Below, one piece after another: positions 8,218-19,075 of a DNA stretch of 52,033 nt. Each line of letters opens with the position of its first letter. The stretch's first letter is position 1. The notes under the pieces are model-generated. The model was given only the letters and a program-made list of their open reading frames with translations, was not told where the DNA came from and did not search any database. This stretch comes from Desulfuromonadales bacterium. GTDB lineage: Bacteria; Desulfobacterota; Desulfuromonadia; Desulfuromonadales; Syntrophotaleaceae. The DNA lies in the NCBI GenBank assembly GCA_030613545.1, contig JAUWLU010000001.1, positions 1-52,033 of the forward strand. The letters are read 5' to 3'. The position numbers were made by a program, and so were the translations under genes.

Positions 8218-11031
8218 TTACAGATTGAGATAAGGACGCAGATAGCGTCCGGTAAAGGAGGCCGAATTGCGCGCTACCTCCTCCGGCGTGCCGGCGGCGA
8301 CGATCTGGCCGCCGCGGCTGCCCCCTTCCGGGCCAAGGTCGATGAGGTGGTCGGCGGTCTTGATGACATCGAGGTTGTGCTCGATGATCACCACCGTATT
8401 GCCGGTTTCGACCAGGCGCTGCAGCACATCGAGCAACTTCTGAATATCGGCGAAATGGAGGCCGGTGGTCGGCTCGTCGAGGATATAGATGGTGCGGCCG
8501 GTGGCCCGCTTGCCAAGCTCTTTGGCCAGCTTGACCCGCTGGGCCTCGCCACCGGACAGGGTGGTGGCGCTCTGGCCGAGCTTGATGTAGCCGAGACCGA
8601 CGTCGCGCAGCATCTCCAGCTTGCTGCGAATACGGGGGATATTCTCGAAAAACTTCTGCGCCTGGTTGACGGTCATGTCGAGAACCTCGGCGATGTTCTG
8701 CCCCTTGTAGCGCACCTCCAGGGTCTCGCGATTGTAGCGCGCCCCCTTGCAGACCTCGCACTGCACATAGACATCGGGCAAAAAGTGCATCTCGATCTTG
8801 AGGATGCCCTCACCCTGGCAGGCCTCGCAGCGTCCACCCTTGACATTGAAGGAAAAACGTCCCGCCTTGTAGCCCCGCAGTTTGGCCTCGGGCAGCTGGG
8901 TGAACTGATCGCGAATGTCGGTGAAAAGGCCGGTATAGGTGGCCGGATTGGAACGGGGCGTGCGGCCGATGGGCGACTGGTCGATATCGACCACCTTGTC
9001 AAGCAGCTCGACGCCAAGAATCTCGTCGACCTTGCCGGCCTTCTCCCGCGAGCGATAGAGGCGCTGGGAAAGGGTTTTGAACAGGGTGTCGATGACCAGG
9101 GTCGATTTGCCCGAGCCGGAGACGCCGGTGACGCAGGTCATCACCCCGAGAGGGATGTCGACATCGACCTGTTGCAGATTGTTCTCCCGCGCCCCGCGGA
9201 TCTGCAGCATTCGCTCGCTGGTGCGGCGCTTGGCCGGCAGCGGAATGGTCAGGGCGCCGGACAGGTAGCGGCCGGTGAGGGAAGCCGGATCGGCCAGAAT
9301 CTCCTGCGGCGTGCCCTGGGCCACCACATGGCCGCCGTGCACGCCCGCCCCCGGGCCCATGTCGATGACCTGGTCCGCCTCGAGAATGGTCTCTTCGTCA
9401 TGCTCCACCACCAGCACCGTGTTGCCAAGATCCCGCAACCGCTTGAGGGTTTCGAGCAGCCGCCGGTTATCCCGCTGATGCAGGCCAATGGACGGCTCGT
9501 CGAGAATGTAGAGTACCCCGACCAGGGACGAGCCGACCTGGGTCGCCAGCCGAATGCGCTGCCCCTCGCCTCCGGACAGGGTACCGGCGGCGCGGTCGAG
9601 GCTCAGGTAGTCGAGGCCGACGTAGCTCAGAAAGGAGAGCCGCTCGCGAATCTCCTTGAGAATCCGTCGGCCGATCTCCGCCTCCTTGTCGGCCAGCTGC
9701 AACTCGGCAAAATACTGCTCCGCTTCGAGTATGGAAAAGGCGCAGATCTCTTGAATATTCTTGCCACCGACCCGCACAAACAGCGACTCCTTGCGCAACC
9801 GGGCGCCGTTGCAGGTCGGGCAGGGCATGACGTTCATGAAGCGGCCGAGGTTCTCCCGCACTCGATCCGAATCGGTCTCGTGATAGCGCCGTTCGAGGTT
9901 GGGCATTACCCCCTCGAAGACCTTGTCGTAAAAGTGCCGTCGGCCACCCTGGTCGAAGAAGAAACGTACCTCTTCTTTACCCGAACCGTGCAGCAGAATC
10001 GTGCGCAACCGCTCCGGCAGCTCACGAAAGGGGCTGTTGATATCGAATTGATAGTGATCGGCCAGGGCCTCGAGCAGCTGGTGGTAGTAAAAGCCGGTGC
10101 GGGTCTCCCAGGGGGCGATGGCCCCTTCGCGCAACGACAGGTCGGGGTTGGGCACCACCTCGTCGGGGTCGAAGTAGAGGCGGGTGCCGAGGCCGGCGCA
10201 ATCGGAGCAAGCGCCGTAGGGATTGTTGAAGGAAAACATGCGCGGAGTGATCTCCGGATAGGAGATACCGCACTCGGCACAGGAGTGCTGTTCCGAATAT
10301 AGGGCGCTGGCGCCACCGGGTTCTTCGACCCGCACCACGCCATCGGCCAGCCGCAGAGCGGTCTCCAGGGAATCGGCCAAGCGCCCCTCGATGCCTTCCT
10401 TGACCACCAGTCGGTCGACCACCACCTCCAGGGTATGCTGCTTGTTCTTGTCGAGAGCAATCTCCTCGCCCAGTTCGTACATCTCGTCGTCGATGCGAAT
10501 CCGTACGAAGCCGTCGGCCTGCAGCTGGCGCAGCTCCTTGCGGTATTCGCCCTTGCGGCCGCGAACGATAGGCGCCAGCAGCAGCAGGCGGGTCTTGTCC
10601 GGCAGCTTCATGATGCGGTCGACCATCTGCTGCACGGTCCAGGAGGCGATCTCCTCGCCGCAACTATGGCAATGAATGCGACCGATCCGGGCGAAAAGCA
10701 GCCGCAGGTAGTCGTAGCCTTCGGTTACCGTACCGACCGTCGAACGGGGATTCTTGGAAGTGGTCTTTTGCTCGATGGAAATGGCCGGCGACAAGCCTTC
10801 GATGCTTTCCACATCGGGCTTGTCCATCTGCTCGAGAAACTGCCGGGCGTAGGCGGAAAGGCTCTCCACGTAGCGGCGCTGGCCCTCGGCATAGAGGGTG
10901 TCAAAGGCCAGGGTGCTCTTGCCCGAGCCCGATACCCCGGTGATGACCACCAGCTTGTTGCGGGGGATCTCCAGGTCGATATCCTGCAGGTTGTGCTCGC
11001 TGGCACCCTTGATAACGATCTTGTCAGCCAT
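8218..11031 (-). CDS. uvrA: excinuclease ABC subunit UvrA
   Basis: Two Walker A (GVSGSGKS), LSGGE signatures, Zn fingers; 937 aa. Confidence 0.98.
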   Translation of the reverse strand: MADKIVIKGASEHNLQDIDLEIPRNKLVVITGVSGSGKSTLAFDTLYAEGQRRYVESLSAYARQFLEQMDKPDVESIEGLSPAISIEQKTTSKNPRSTVGTVTEGYDYLRLLFARIGRIHCHSCGEEIASWTVQQMVDRIMKLPDKTRLLLLAPIVRGRKGEYRKELRQLQADGFVRIRIDDEMYELGEEIALDKNKQHTLEVVVDRLVVKEGIEGRLADSLETALRLADGVVRVEEPGGASALYSEQHSCAECGISYPEITPRMFSFNNPYGACSDCAGLGTRLYFDPDEVVPNPDLSLREGAIAPWETRTGFYYHQLLEALADHYQFDINSPFRELPERLRTILLHGSGKEEVRFFFDQGGRRHFYDKVFEGVMPNLERRYHETDSDRVRENLGRFMNVMPCPTCNGARLRKESLFVRVGGKNIQEICAFSILEAEQYFAELQLADKEAEIGRRILKEIRERLSFLSYVGLDYLSLDRAAGTLSGGEGQRIRLATQVGSSLVGVLYILDEPSIGLHQRDNRRLLETLKRLRDLGNTVLVVEHDEETILEADQVIDMGPGAGVHGGHVVAQGTPQEILADPASLTGRYLSGALTIPLPAKRRTSERMLQIRGARENNLQQVDVDIPLGVMTCVTGVSGSGKSTLVIDTLFKTLSQRLYRSREKAGKVDEILGVELLDKVVDIDQSPIGRTPRSNPATYTGLFTDIRDQFTQLPEAKLRGYKAGRFSFNVKGGRCEACQGEGILKIEMHFLPDVYVQCEVCKGARYNRETLEVRYKGQNIAEVLDMTVNQAQKFFENIPRIRSKLEMLRDVGLGYIKLGQSATTLSGGEAQRVKLAKELGKRATGRTIYILDEPTTGLHFADIQKLLDVLQRLVETGNTVVIIEHNLDVIKTADHLIDLGPEGGSRGGQIVAAGTPEEVARNSASFTGRYLRPYLNL

Positions 11032-11199
11032 ACTCGGTTCTGTCCCGTAAGTCCTGAAGGATAGTGGATCGTAAGGTTCAAACGCCGCCGCATCGATGGC
11101 AACGGACTACTTTAGCATGGCGTTGGCGGGCATTGCAATTCAGGCAGACAAGGGCAGATTGCCCTGCCGGAGCGGGGCGGCCGGATTGGAAACCGAACC

Positions 11200-12210
11200 C
11201 TATCCGGCCATCTGTTCGGCCAGGCGCACCGCCGCCAGCAGGCTCTTCTCGCTGGCCCGGCCAGTACCGGCCAGATCGTAGGCGGTACCGTGATCGACGG
11301 AAGTGCGGACGATGGGCAGGCCGAGGGTCACATTGACCCCGTCGTCGAAATGGAGCAGCTTGAGGGGAATCAGCCCCTGGTCGTGGTACATGCAGATCAC
11401 TGCGTCATAGGCGCCCTGCACGGCAAAGTGAAACAGGGCGTCGGCGCTGTGGGGCCCGCTGACTTCGATGCCCTGCTGGCGGGCCGCCTCGATGGCCGGA
11501 GCAATGAGACGCTGCTCCTCGTCGCCAAACTGCCCCCCCTCGCCGGCGTGGGGATTGAGAGCCAGCACCGCCAGGCGCGGGGAATCGAGACCGAAAAAGC
11601 GCCGCAGGGCGGCAGCGCTGATCTGCACCGTGGCTAAAATCGCCTCACGGCTGAGAGCCGTCGGCACCGCGCTCAAGGGCAGGTGGGTGGTCACCAGACA
11701 GACCCGCAGCCGGCTGCCGGCCAGCATCATCACCACTCGTTCAACGCCGCAGCGCGCGGCGAGCAGTTCGGTGTGGCCGGGGGCCGCACAGCCGGCGGCC
11801 CGCAGGGCCTGCTTGTTGACCGGTGCCGTGACCATGCCCGCCGCCTCGCCAGACAGGCAGCGATCGCAGGCCCATTCGATATAACGGATCATGGCCTGGC
11901 CGCAGGCCAGATCCGGTGCGCCGTAGACCAATGCCTCGGCCGGCAGCTCGGAGAGGGCTTTAAGCAGCAGGCTCCGCTCCCCGAGACGCAGCCGATGGCT
12001 GGCCAACACTTCTGAACCGCCATTGTCGAGGGCCTCAACCGTCACCTCGGCACCGTAGATGGCCGCCGCCCGCTGCAGCACCGCTCCATCGCCGGCCACC
12101 AGCAGCGGCCGCTGGCCGGCGGACAGCTTACCCTCCAGCCAGGCCTTGAGAATGATTTCCGGACCGACCCCGGTCGGATCGCCCATGGTTATTACGATTG
12201 GTCGCTTCAT
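11200..12210 (-). CDS. pdxA: 4-hydroxythreonine-4-phosphate dehydrogenase PdxA
   Basis: ITMGDPTGVGPEI, GHTE, LNPHAGE, MYHDQG, RTSVDHGTA; start moved to MKRPIV because the upstream extension runs through a repeat. Confidence 0.95.
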   Translation of the reverse strand: MKRPIVITMGDPTGVGPEIILKAWLEGKLSAGQRPLLVAGDGAVLQRAAAIYGAEVTVEALDNGGSEVLASHRLRLGERSLLLKALSELPAEALVYGAPDLACGQAMIRYIEWACDRCLSGEAAGMVTAPVNKQALRAAGCAAPGHTELLAARCGVERVVMMLAGSRLRVCLVTTHLPLSAVPTALSREAILATVQISAAALRRFFGLDSPRLAVLALNPHAGEGGQFGDEEQRLIAPAIEAARQQGIEVSGPHSADALFHFAVQGAYDAVICMYHDQGLIPLKLLHFDDGVNVTLGLPIVRTSVDHGTAYDLAGTGRASEKSLLAAVRLAEQMAG

Positions 12211-12280
12211 CACCGCCTCTATTAAGAAAACCTCAGTATAGCCCTTTACCACCGCCCTCTCAATGATCAAGTCGGCCGGT

Positions 12281-12493
12281 CTTGCCCTTCCATCCCCTGT
12301 GACGCAGCCGGAGCGGAGTGGGCGTTTTGCGAAACAGGCGGAAAACTGTCCGAGCGCCAGCGAATTTTTTCCGCCCGCAAAACGTCTGCGCAGCGTAGGG
12401 AACCCGAAGGGCAAGGAGCCGGGGCGCCTTTTTCTGCCTACTCTTTTTTGGCGCGAAAAAAGAGTAGGGCGTCGTGCGGGGACGCAACCCCGC
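12281..12493. repeat. ~210-bp fold-back element (copy D) carrying one terminal module of the 480-bp family
   Basis: Long hairpin GCGTTTTGCG..GGCGGAAAA / TTTTCCGCC.CGCAAAACGT; CTACTCTTTTTT..AAAAAAGAGTAG module; GCGGGG-acgcaa-CCCCGC end hairpin. Confidence 0.7.
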
Positions 12494-12574
12494 GGCATTG
12501 CCCTCCGGCTTGCAAAACCATTGACAATTTCAATGGACAAGTTTCTAACCGGACAATACTGGGTTTTCGGCAAT

Positions 12575-12601
12575 AAAAAACCCGCCGGCAAACCGGCGGG
12601 T
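12575..12601 (-). terminator. intrinsic terminator after the surA-like gene
   Basis: ACCCGCCGG-tttg-CCGGCGGGT followed by TTTTT on the minus strand. Confidence 0.85.
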
Positions 12602-12626
12602 GACGAACGAATGGTAACAGCGCCTC

Positions 12627-13565
12627 TCAGAGTTTGATCTCGATATGGGCATCCTTTTTCAGGTTTTCCACCCAGCCGTCAATAGCAACCTTCCGTTTCT
12701 CCTCGATGAGCAACTGACTGATCTGTTCCTTGACCGATTCGAAATCGGGAACCTTACCGGGGTTCAACTCGTCGAGGCGCAGAATATGCAGCCCTTGCGG
12801 AGTATCGATCACCTCACTGAATTGGCCGGGCATCAGCCCGGCGACCGCGGGCGCAAAGGGATCGGTCAGTTCGTCTTTGCCAAACCGGCCCATGGGTCCG
12901 CCTTCGGCCCCCTTGTCCCCCTGATAAGCAGCCAACACCTGCTCGAACTCTTCTCCGCCACGAAGTCGCAGCAGAGCTTCCCGACTCAGGGCGCGCAGGG
13001 CGCTGAGCTGATCGGCGGCGGCATTGGCCGGCACCGCGAAAGTGATGCGGCTCAGGCGAAGGAAGGGATCCTCGCGATAATCCTCGATGTGCTCCCGGTA
13101 ATAGCTGCGCATCTCCTGGTTGGTCACCTCGATCTTGTCGCGGATTTCCCGACCGACCAGTTTGAACTCGAGCAGCTGGCGGCGCAGTTTGGCGCGATAG
13201 CTCTCCATGGTCAGACCTTGAGCCTGCAAAGCCAGTTCCAGCTGGTTGCGGTCGATATTGTTCTGGCGCTCGACATCCTGAATGGCCCGCTCGACCTCTT
13301 CGTCGCCAACGGTCATGCCGAGCTGCTTGACCCGCTGCTCGACCAGGGCTTCCTGAATCATCTTGTCCAGGACCACCAGGCGCTCCGGGGCACCGATGTT
13401 CGCGGCGGTCTCGGCACCCAGTTCGGCGGCAATCCGTTCGTCGAGTTGCAGGGTGGTGATGATATTGTCGTTGACCACGGCAGCAATGCGGCTGACCACT
13501 TCGGCCTGGGCCGGCAACGCACTCAGCAGCAGGCATACAGCCAGCGACAGAAAAAAACCTTTCAT
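12627..13565 (-). CDS. surA: SurA-family periplasmic peptidyl-prolyl isomerase/chaperone
   Basis: Signal peptide, RIAAVVNDNIIT SurA-N motif, one parvulin domain; mfd-ppi-surA-pdxA context. Confidence 0.8.
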   Translation of the reverse strand: MKGFFLSLAVCLLLSALPAQAEVVSRIAAVVNDNIITTLQLDERIAAELGAETAANIGAPERLVVLDKMIQEALVEQRVKQLGMTVGDEEVERAIQDVERQNNIDRNQLELALQAQGLTMESYRAKLRRQLLEFKLVGREIRDKIEVTNQEMRSYYREHIEDYREDPFLRLSRITFAVPANAAADQLSALRALSREALLRLRGGEEFEQVLAAYQGDKGAEGGPMGRFGKDELTDPFAPAVAGLMPGQFSEVIDTPQGLHILRLDELNPGKVPDFESVKEQISQLLIEEKRKVAIDGWVENLKKDAHIEIKL

Positions 13566-13602
13566 AACGTCAGTTCCTTACTTACAGGTTGATGAATCGT
13601 CT

Positions 13603-14541
13603 TTACAACAGGGTCCAATCGACCTCGATGGTGGCCTGGCTGCGCAGACTCTGCAGCCAATCCCGGTAGGTTTGCTCTTCCTTCTCGGCTCGCAGACGGG
13701 CCGCTATCTGGTCCTGAACCTGATCCAGGGTCAGGCGCTGCGCGGAGCGCCGCTCTTCGACCAGGAACAGATGGTAACCGTATTCACTTTTGACCAGCTC
13801 GCTGATGCGCCCGATGGGCAGTTCAAAGACCACCGCGTCAAAGGCGTCGGGCATCTGGCCCCGACCGAAAAAACCGAGATCGCCACCCTGTTCGGCATCG
13901 GGCGAAATGGAGAAACGGCGGGCCGCCTCGGCAAAATCGAGGCCCTGGCGCAACTGGCCGAGGACCCGCTGGCCGTCGGCTTCGTTAGCCAGGGTGATCT
14001 GTCGTGCCCGAACCTGCTGCGGCAGGTCGAATTCGTCCCGCTGTTGCCGGTAATAGGCGGCGACAGCCTCTTTGCTGATGGCGATGTCGCTGTAGGCCAG
14101 ACGACTGATGGCCTCTTCGATGCGCCGGTTTTCCAGCAACTGCCGGCGCCAGATCTCCACACTCAGCTTCCGCTCCCGAAGCATTGCCTCGAAATCGTCC
14201 GCTGCATAGTCCTTGCGATATTCGGCGACCACCGCCTCCTGCTGGGCCTCGGTCAGGTCGATAGCGGCCCGGTCGGCGGCGGACAGAATCAGCTCGCGAT
14301 TGATCTTATGGGCCAGAAAGGAGCGCTTGAGTTCCTGACGGGTTTCCTCGGCCACGATGCCCCGGGCGGTCAGATGGCGGGCAAAATCATCCTCGAACTG
14401 ATCGAAGGAAATGACCCGCTCGTTAACCCGCAGCAGCACGGAGGACGGAGGCTCGCCCTGCTGCCGGCAGGCGCTCAATAAAGCGATAATTGACCAGGCC
14501 AGAAGGAAAAGACGCAGGGTGCCGCCGCAACGAATCTTCAA
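13603..14541 (-). CDS. PpiC-type peptidyl-prolyl isomerase, predicted lipoprotein
   Basis: LSAC lipobox, FAEAARRFS, GGDLGFF, SEYGYHLF; start codon uncertain. Confidence 0.82.
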   Translation of the reverse strand: MKIRCGGTLRLFLLAWSIIALLSACRQQGEPPSSVLLRVNERVISFDQFEDDFARHLTARGIVAEETRQELKRSFLAHKINRELILSAADRAAIDLTEAQQEAVVAEYRKDYAADDFEAMLRERKLSVEIWRRQLLENRRIEEAISRLAYSDIAISKEAVAAYYRQQRDEFDLPQQVRARQITLANEADGQRVLGQLRQGLDFAEAARRFSISPDAEQGGDLGFFGRGQMPDAFDAVVFELPIGRISELVKSEYGYHLFLVEERRSAQRLTLDQVQDQIAARLRAEKEEQTYRDWLQSLRSQATIEVDWTLL

Positions 14542-14602
14542 GAGCTTCTCTTTTCGAATACACACTGGGAGGGCTGCTGCCACAAGCTATCATGTAGCAC
14601 AG

Positions 14603-17600
14603 CTAAAGAAAGCCTTGCAACGCTTTTTTGGCCGCCGCCAGCAGCGCCTCGCCGGCCTGCCGGCCGCAGCGCAAAGCCAGCCGGTAATCGGGGCTGAAGG
14701 TAAAGGGACTGCCTTCCGGCCGCACCAGGGCGAGAATCTGCTGCGGCGCCACCGGCGTATCGGCGCGAAAGGCAAACACCAGCTGACGGCCGTCGTACTC
14801 GGCCTGCTCGATGCGCAGCCGTTTCATCAGCACCCGCAGCTTCATCACCTCCAGCAGCAGCTGGGCCGGCTCCGGCAGCGCGCCGTAGCGGTCGCGCAGT
14901 TCGTCGGCCGCCTGATAGAGGGCTCCCTCGTCATCGGCGGCGGCGAGCTTTTTATAGAACACCAGCCGCTGGTTGGGATCGGGCAGGTACTTCTCCGGCA
15001 GAAAGGCCGACAGTCCGAGGCGGATTTCCGGATCGACCCGCTCCTCCCGCTGCTGGCCCTGCAGTTCGTGAATGGTCTCCTCCAGCAGCTCGGTATACAT
15101 TTCAAAACCGATGGCGACGATCTGCCCCGACTGGCGGCCGCCGAGCAGATCGCCGGCGCCACGCAGTTCGAGGTCGTGGCTGGCGATGCGGAAGCCGGCG
15201 CCGAGTTCGGTGAGATCCTGCAGCACCCGCAGCCGCTCCCGTGCCTCGCGGGTCAGGGTTCCCTCGCCGGGGATCAGCAGATAGGCGTAAGCGCGCCGAT
15301 CAGAACGACCGACCCGGCCGCGCAGCTGGTAGAGCTGAGACAGGCCGAAGCAGTCGGCGCGGTTGATGATGATGGTGTTGGCCCGAGGGATGTCGAGACC
15401 GTTTTCGACAATGGTGCTGCACACCAGCACGTTGCTCTGGCCCTCGATGAAGTCGAGCATCACCTTCTCCAGGGCTTTTTCCCCCATCTGCCCATGGCCG
15501 ACGACAACCTTGGCCTCCGGCACCAGGGTGCGCAGAAAGCCGGCCATGGCATCGATGGACTGGACCCGGTTATGAACGAAAAAGACCTGCCCGCCACGGC
15601 GCAATTCGCGCAGGATGGCCTGGCGAATCAGATCGTCCTCGAAGCGGGTGACGTAGGTGCGAATGGCCTGACGATCCACAGGCGGAGTATCGATGACCGA
15701 CAGATTGCGCAGACCGAGCAGGCTCATGTGCAGGGTGCGGGGGATAGGGGTGGCGGTCAGGGTCAGCATGTCGACTTCGGCCCGCAACTTCTTCAGCCGC
15801 TCCTTGTGGGAGACGCCGAAACGCTGCTCTTCGTCGACGACAACCAGTCCCAGATCCTTGAAGCGCACATCCCGCTGCAGCAGTCGATGGGTACCGATAA
15901 GAATATCGACCTGGCCGGCGGCGGTGCGTTGCAGCACCGCCTTCTGCTCGGCGGTAGTGCGAAAGCGCGAGACCATCTCCACCGTCACCGGGCAGCCCTG
16001 CAGGCGCTCCTGAAAGTTCTGCCAGTGCTGGCGGGCCAGCACCGTGGTCGGCACCAGCACCGCCACCTGCTTGTTGTCGAGCACCGCCTTGTAGGCGGCC
16101 CGAATCGCCACCTCGGTCTTGCCGTAGCCCACATCGCCGCAGATCAGCCGGTCGAGGGGTTGATCGGACTGCATATCGGCCAGCACCTCGTCGATGGCCC
16201 CCTGCTGGTCGGGGGTTTCTTCGTAGGGAAAGGCCGCCTCGAATTCGCGAAACAGATGGTCCGGCGGCGAGTAGCGAAAGGCCTGGCTCATGGTGCGCCG
16301 GGCATTGAGCTGCAGCAGCTCCCGGGCCAGCTCCTCCACCGCCGCCCGAGCCCGCAGCTTGGCCTTTTCCCAGGCACCGCCGCCCATGCGGTCGAGGCGC
16401 GGGCTGTGGCCTTCGCCGCCGACGTATTTCTGCACCTTTTCGATGCGTTCGACGGGCAGGTAGAGCTTGTCCCGGCCGGCGTATTCGAGATGCAGAAAAT
16501 CCCCTGCCACCGATCCGGTGGCCAGATGGAGCAGGCCACGGTAGATACCGATGCCGTGGTCGGCATGAACCACATAGTCGCCCTCGCGCAGCTCGGCCAG
16601 GGAGGAGAGCATGGCCTGGGCACGGGCCTCGCTCAAACCGCGCCGATGGCTGCGACGGCCGAAGATCTCTTCCTCGCCGACCACCGCCAGCTGTTCGTCG
16701 GGCAGGCGAAAGCCGGCCGACAGGTCGCCGAGGGTCAGGGCCAGCTGGCCTGGCTGCAACTGCTGCAGGTGCAGCCCTTTGCTCAGGCTCAGTTCCAGAC
16801 CGTGGGGCCGCAGCAGATCCTGCAGACGCTCGGCCTGGCCCTGCTGGTGGCAGACCAGCAAGACCCGCCAGCCCTCTTTTTGCCAGCCCTGCAGGCGGGC
16901 GGTTAAACGGGCCGCCAGCGAGCCGGCATCCGCCCCCTCGCGCAGATCGCCGTTGCCCTGGGCGACAAAGCGGTAGCGGGGCAGTTCCTCGGCCAGCTGA
17001 AACAGTTCCAGAGCGCACAGATCGGTGCGTGGCCGGCCGGCCAGGGCGGTACTCAGCTGCTCGGGAGCCAGAAACAGTTCTTCAGCCGGCACGAACAGCT
17101 CGCCGCCGGCGGCCATGCGCCGCTCGCCATCCCTGATCTCGGCAGCAAAACGATCCCCTTCTTCTTCCACCGCTAGCGGATCGAGAACCACCCAGTGGCC
17201 ATCAACCGCATATTCGAAGAAGCTGTCGAGGGTGCCGTAGTTGAGGGGCATGAGAAAGGCATGCCCCGGCGCCAGCAGCCCCTCGCGAATCTCTTCGAGG
17301 AGCGCTTCCCGCTGGGTGCGGGCGATGTTGATGACATCGCAGCGCTCCTTGAGAGCGCGACAGAAGGTCTCCAGGTGCTCGCCGGCCAGCACCATCTCCC
17401 GAGCCGGCAGCAGCTGCAGTGATTTCAACTGCTCGCTGGCGGAGCGCTGGCTGACCGTATCGAAGGGCCGCATGCGCTCGACCTGATCACCGAAGAATTC
17501 AATACGCACCGCCGTTTCGAGAGTCGGCGGATAGACATCGAGGATATCACCCCGCACCGAAAAGGTGCCGTGATCCTCAACCAGGGGTACGGCGTGATAA

Positions 17601-18079
17601 CCGAGTTCCACCAGCCGCCGCAGCAGAGTGTCGCGGGGCACCTCGGTGCCCACCGTCAATTCCTCGCACAGTCCGGCCAGCACGGGGCGCGGCATGACCC
17701 GCTGCATGAGACTGCGCACCGTCAGCACCACCGCCCGCAGCCGACCGGCGTGCAGGGCAGCCAATGTCGCGACTCGGGTCGCTTCGATATCGGGATGGGG
17801 AGTCAGGGCTTCGTAAGGGCCGACCTCCCAGTGGGGAAAGAGCGCTACCTGGTCGGAATGGGGGTGGTAAAAGGCCAGGTCGGCGGCAAAGCGCTCGGCC
17901 TGTTGCTGATCGGCGGCGAGAATAAACAGCGGTTCGCGGCGGCTGGCCAGACGTCGGCTGAGCAGATAGGCGGCCGCCGAACCGACCAGGCCGCAGACTT
18001 CGCTGTGACCGACAGGGGCGGCCTCGGCAAAGGAATGAACGGTGGCGTGGGCGATTTCGCTGGACGGCGTCTGGATCAT
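14603..18079 (-). CDS. mfd: transcription-repair coupling factor Mfd
   Basis: GDYVVHADHGIG (CarD/RID), CGDVGYGKT, DEEQRFG, QLRGRVGRS, C-terminal TRCF domain. Confidence 0.98.
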   Translation of the reverse strand: MIQTPSSEIAHATVHSFAEAAPVGHSEVCGLVGSAAAYLLSRRLASRREPLFILAADQQQAERFAADLAFYHPHSDQVALFPHWEVGPYEALTPHPDIEATRVATLAALHAGRLRAVVLTVRSLMQRVMPRPVLAGLCEELTVGTEVPRDTLLRRLVELGYHAVPLVEDHGTFSVRGDILDVYPPTLETAVRIEFFGDQVERMRPFDTVSQRSASEQLKSLQLLPAREMVLAGEHLETFCRALKERCDVINIARTQREALLEEIREGLLAPGHAFLMPLNYGTLDSFFEYAVDGHWVVLDPLAVEEEGDRFAAEIRDGERRMAAGGELFVPAEELFLAPEQLSTALAGRPRTDLCALELFQLAEELPRYRFVAQGNGDLREGADAGSLAARLTARLQGWQKEGWRVLLVCHQQGQAERLQDLLRPHGLELSLSKGLHLQQLQPGQLALTLGDLSAGFRLPDEQLAVVGEEEIFGRRSHRRGLSEARAQAMLSSLAELREGDYVVHADHGIGIYRGLLHLATGSVAGDFLHLEYAGRDKLYLPVERIEKVQKYVGGEGHSPRLDRMGGGAWEKAKLRARAAVEELARELLQLNARRTMSQAFRYSPPDHLFREFEAAFPYEETPDQQGAIDEVLADMQSDQPLDRLICGDVGYGKTEVAIRAAYKAVLDNKQVAVLVPTTVLARQHWQNFQERLQGCPVTVEMVSRFRTTAEQKAVLQRTAAGQVDILIGTHRLLQRDVRFKDLGLVVVDEEQRFGVSHKERLKKLRAEVDMLTLTATPIPRTLHMSLLGLRNLSVIDTPPVDRQAIRTYVTRFEDDLIRQAILRELRRGGQVFFVHNRVQSIDAMAGFLRTLVPEAKVVVGHGQMGEKALEKVMLDFIEGQSNVLVCSTIVENGLDIPRANTIIINRADCFGLSQLYQLRGRVGRSDRRAYAYLLIPGEGTLTREARERLRVLQDLTELGAGFRIASHDLELRGAGDLLGGRQSGQIVAIGFEMYTELLEETIHELQGQQREERVDPEIRLGLSAFLPEKYLPDPNQRLVFYKKLAAADDEGALYQAADELRDRYGALPEPAQLLLEVMKLRVLMKRLRIEQAEYDGRQLVFAFRADTPVAPQQILALVRPEGSPFTFSPDYRLALRCGRQAGEALLAAAKKALQGFL

Positions 18080-18091
18080 GAATAAAATGGC

Positions 18092-18119
18092 GCGGGGGCG
18101 TGCTTAAGCACGCCCCCGC
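18092..18119. terminator. perfect 28-bp palindrome between nadA and mfd
   Basis: GCGGGGGCGTGCTTAAGCACGCCCCCGC. Confidence 0.6.
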
Positions 18120-18146
18120 CGAAAAAATCAGGGAGTGAAACTGGCA

Positions 18147-19061
18147 TCAGTCTCGCGGCACCGCCAGCATGCGATCAAGGGTCAGCTTGGCCTTGCGGCT
18201 GGTCTCGGCATCGACGGTGATCTGCGGACTCATGGTCTGCAGGCACTTGAGCACGTCTTCCAGGGTGCTGTATTTCATGGTCTGGCAGAAGAGCAGGGAG
18301 TTCGGCATGATGAACTCCTTGTCCGGATTCTCCTGGCGCAGCCGGAACAGCACGCCGACCTCGGTACCGATGATGAACTTCTTAACCGGGCTCTTTTTGA
18401 CGAAATCGATGATACCGCTGGTCGAGGCGATATGATCGGCCAGCTTCAGAATCTGCGGCCGGCACTCGGGGTGGGCCAGAAACAGGGCCTCGGGGTACTG
18501 CTCCTTGGCGGCCAGCACGTCCTCTTCGGGGAGCTGGTCGTGGAAGGGGCAGTAACCTTCCCAGAAGTGGCACTTCTTGTCGGTGTTGGCGGCAATATAG
18601 CGACCGAGGTTGCGGTCCGGCACCAGAATGACCTCGTCGGCATCGAGGGAATTGACCACCGCTACAGCGTTGGCGCTGGTGCAGCAGATGTCGCTTTCGG
18701 CCTTGACCGCGGCGCTTGAATTGACGTAGGTAACCACCGGCCGGCCCGGCAGGCGGGCCTTCATCTCCCGCAGTTTGTCGACGGTGACCATGTCGGCCAT
18801 GGGGCAGCCGGCCTCGGTGCGCGGCAGCAGCACAGTCTTGTCGGGAGCCAGTATGGCGGCGCTTTCGGCCATGAAATGGACCCCGCACAACACGATGACC
18901 TTACGCTCGGTCTGTGCGGCCTCGATGGCCATGGCGAGGGAGTCCCCGGCGATATCGGCAATCTCCTGGATCTCGTCGCGCTGGTAGAAATGAGCCATGA
19001 TCAGGGCATCACGCTCTTCAGCCAGGCGGCGGATCTCCTCCTTGAGCTGTTGCTGATTCAT
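18147..19061 (-). CDS. nadA: quinolinate synthase NadA
   Basis: [31 protein letters not shown] motifs; AAGGA RBS 9 nt before ATG 19061. Confidence 0.96.
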   Translation of the reverse strand: MNQQQLKEEIRRLAEERDALIMAHFYQRDEIQEIADIAGDSLAMAIEAAQTERKVIVLCGVHFMAESAAILAPDKTVLLPRTEAGCPMADMVTVDKLREMKARLPGRPVVTYVNSSAAVKAESDICCTSANAVAVVNSLDADEVILVPDRNLGRYIAANTDKKCHFWEGYCPFHDQLPEEDVLAAKEQYPEALFLAHPECRPQILKLADHIASTSGIIDFVKKSPVKKFIIGTEVGVLFRLRQENPDKEFIMPNSLLFCQTMKYSTLEDVLKCLQTMSPQITVDAETSRKAKLTLDRMLAVPRD

Positions 19062-19075
19062 CTTCAATCTTCCTT

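Noticed and set aside
11032-11199. LexA/SOS box upstream of uvrA (and uvrB)
   Set aside because: No convincing shared palindrome found upstream of the repair genes.
12211-12591. 126-aa N-terminal extension of PdxA in the ORF track
   Set aside because: It runs through a repeat element and terminator; PdxA homology begins at MKRPIVITMGD (12210).
14411-16906. Long antisense ORFs (e.g. 3132-4937, 8347-10302, 14411-16906, 30669-32327, 45486-47780)
   Set aside because: Shadow ORFs opposite well-conserved genes, expected from high-GC codon bias; no motifs.
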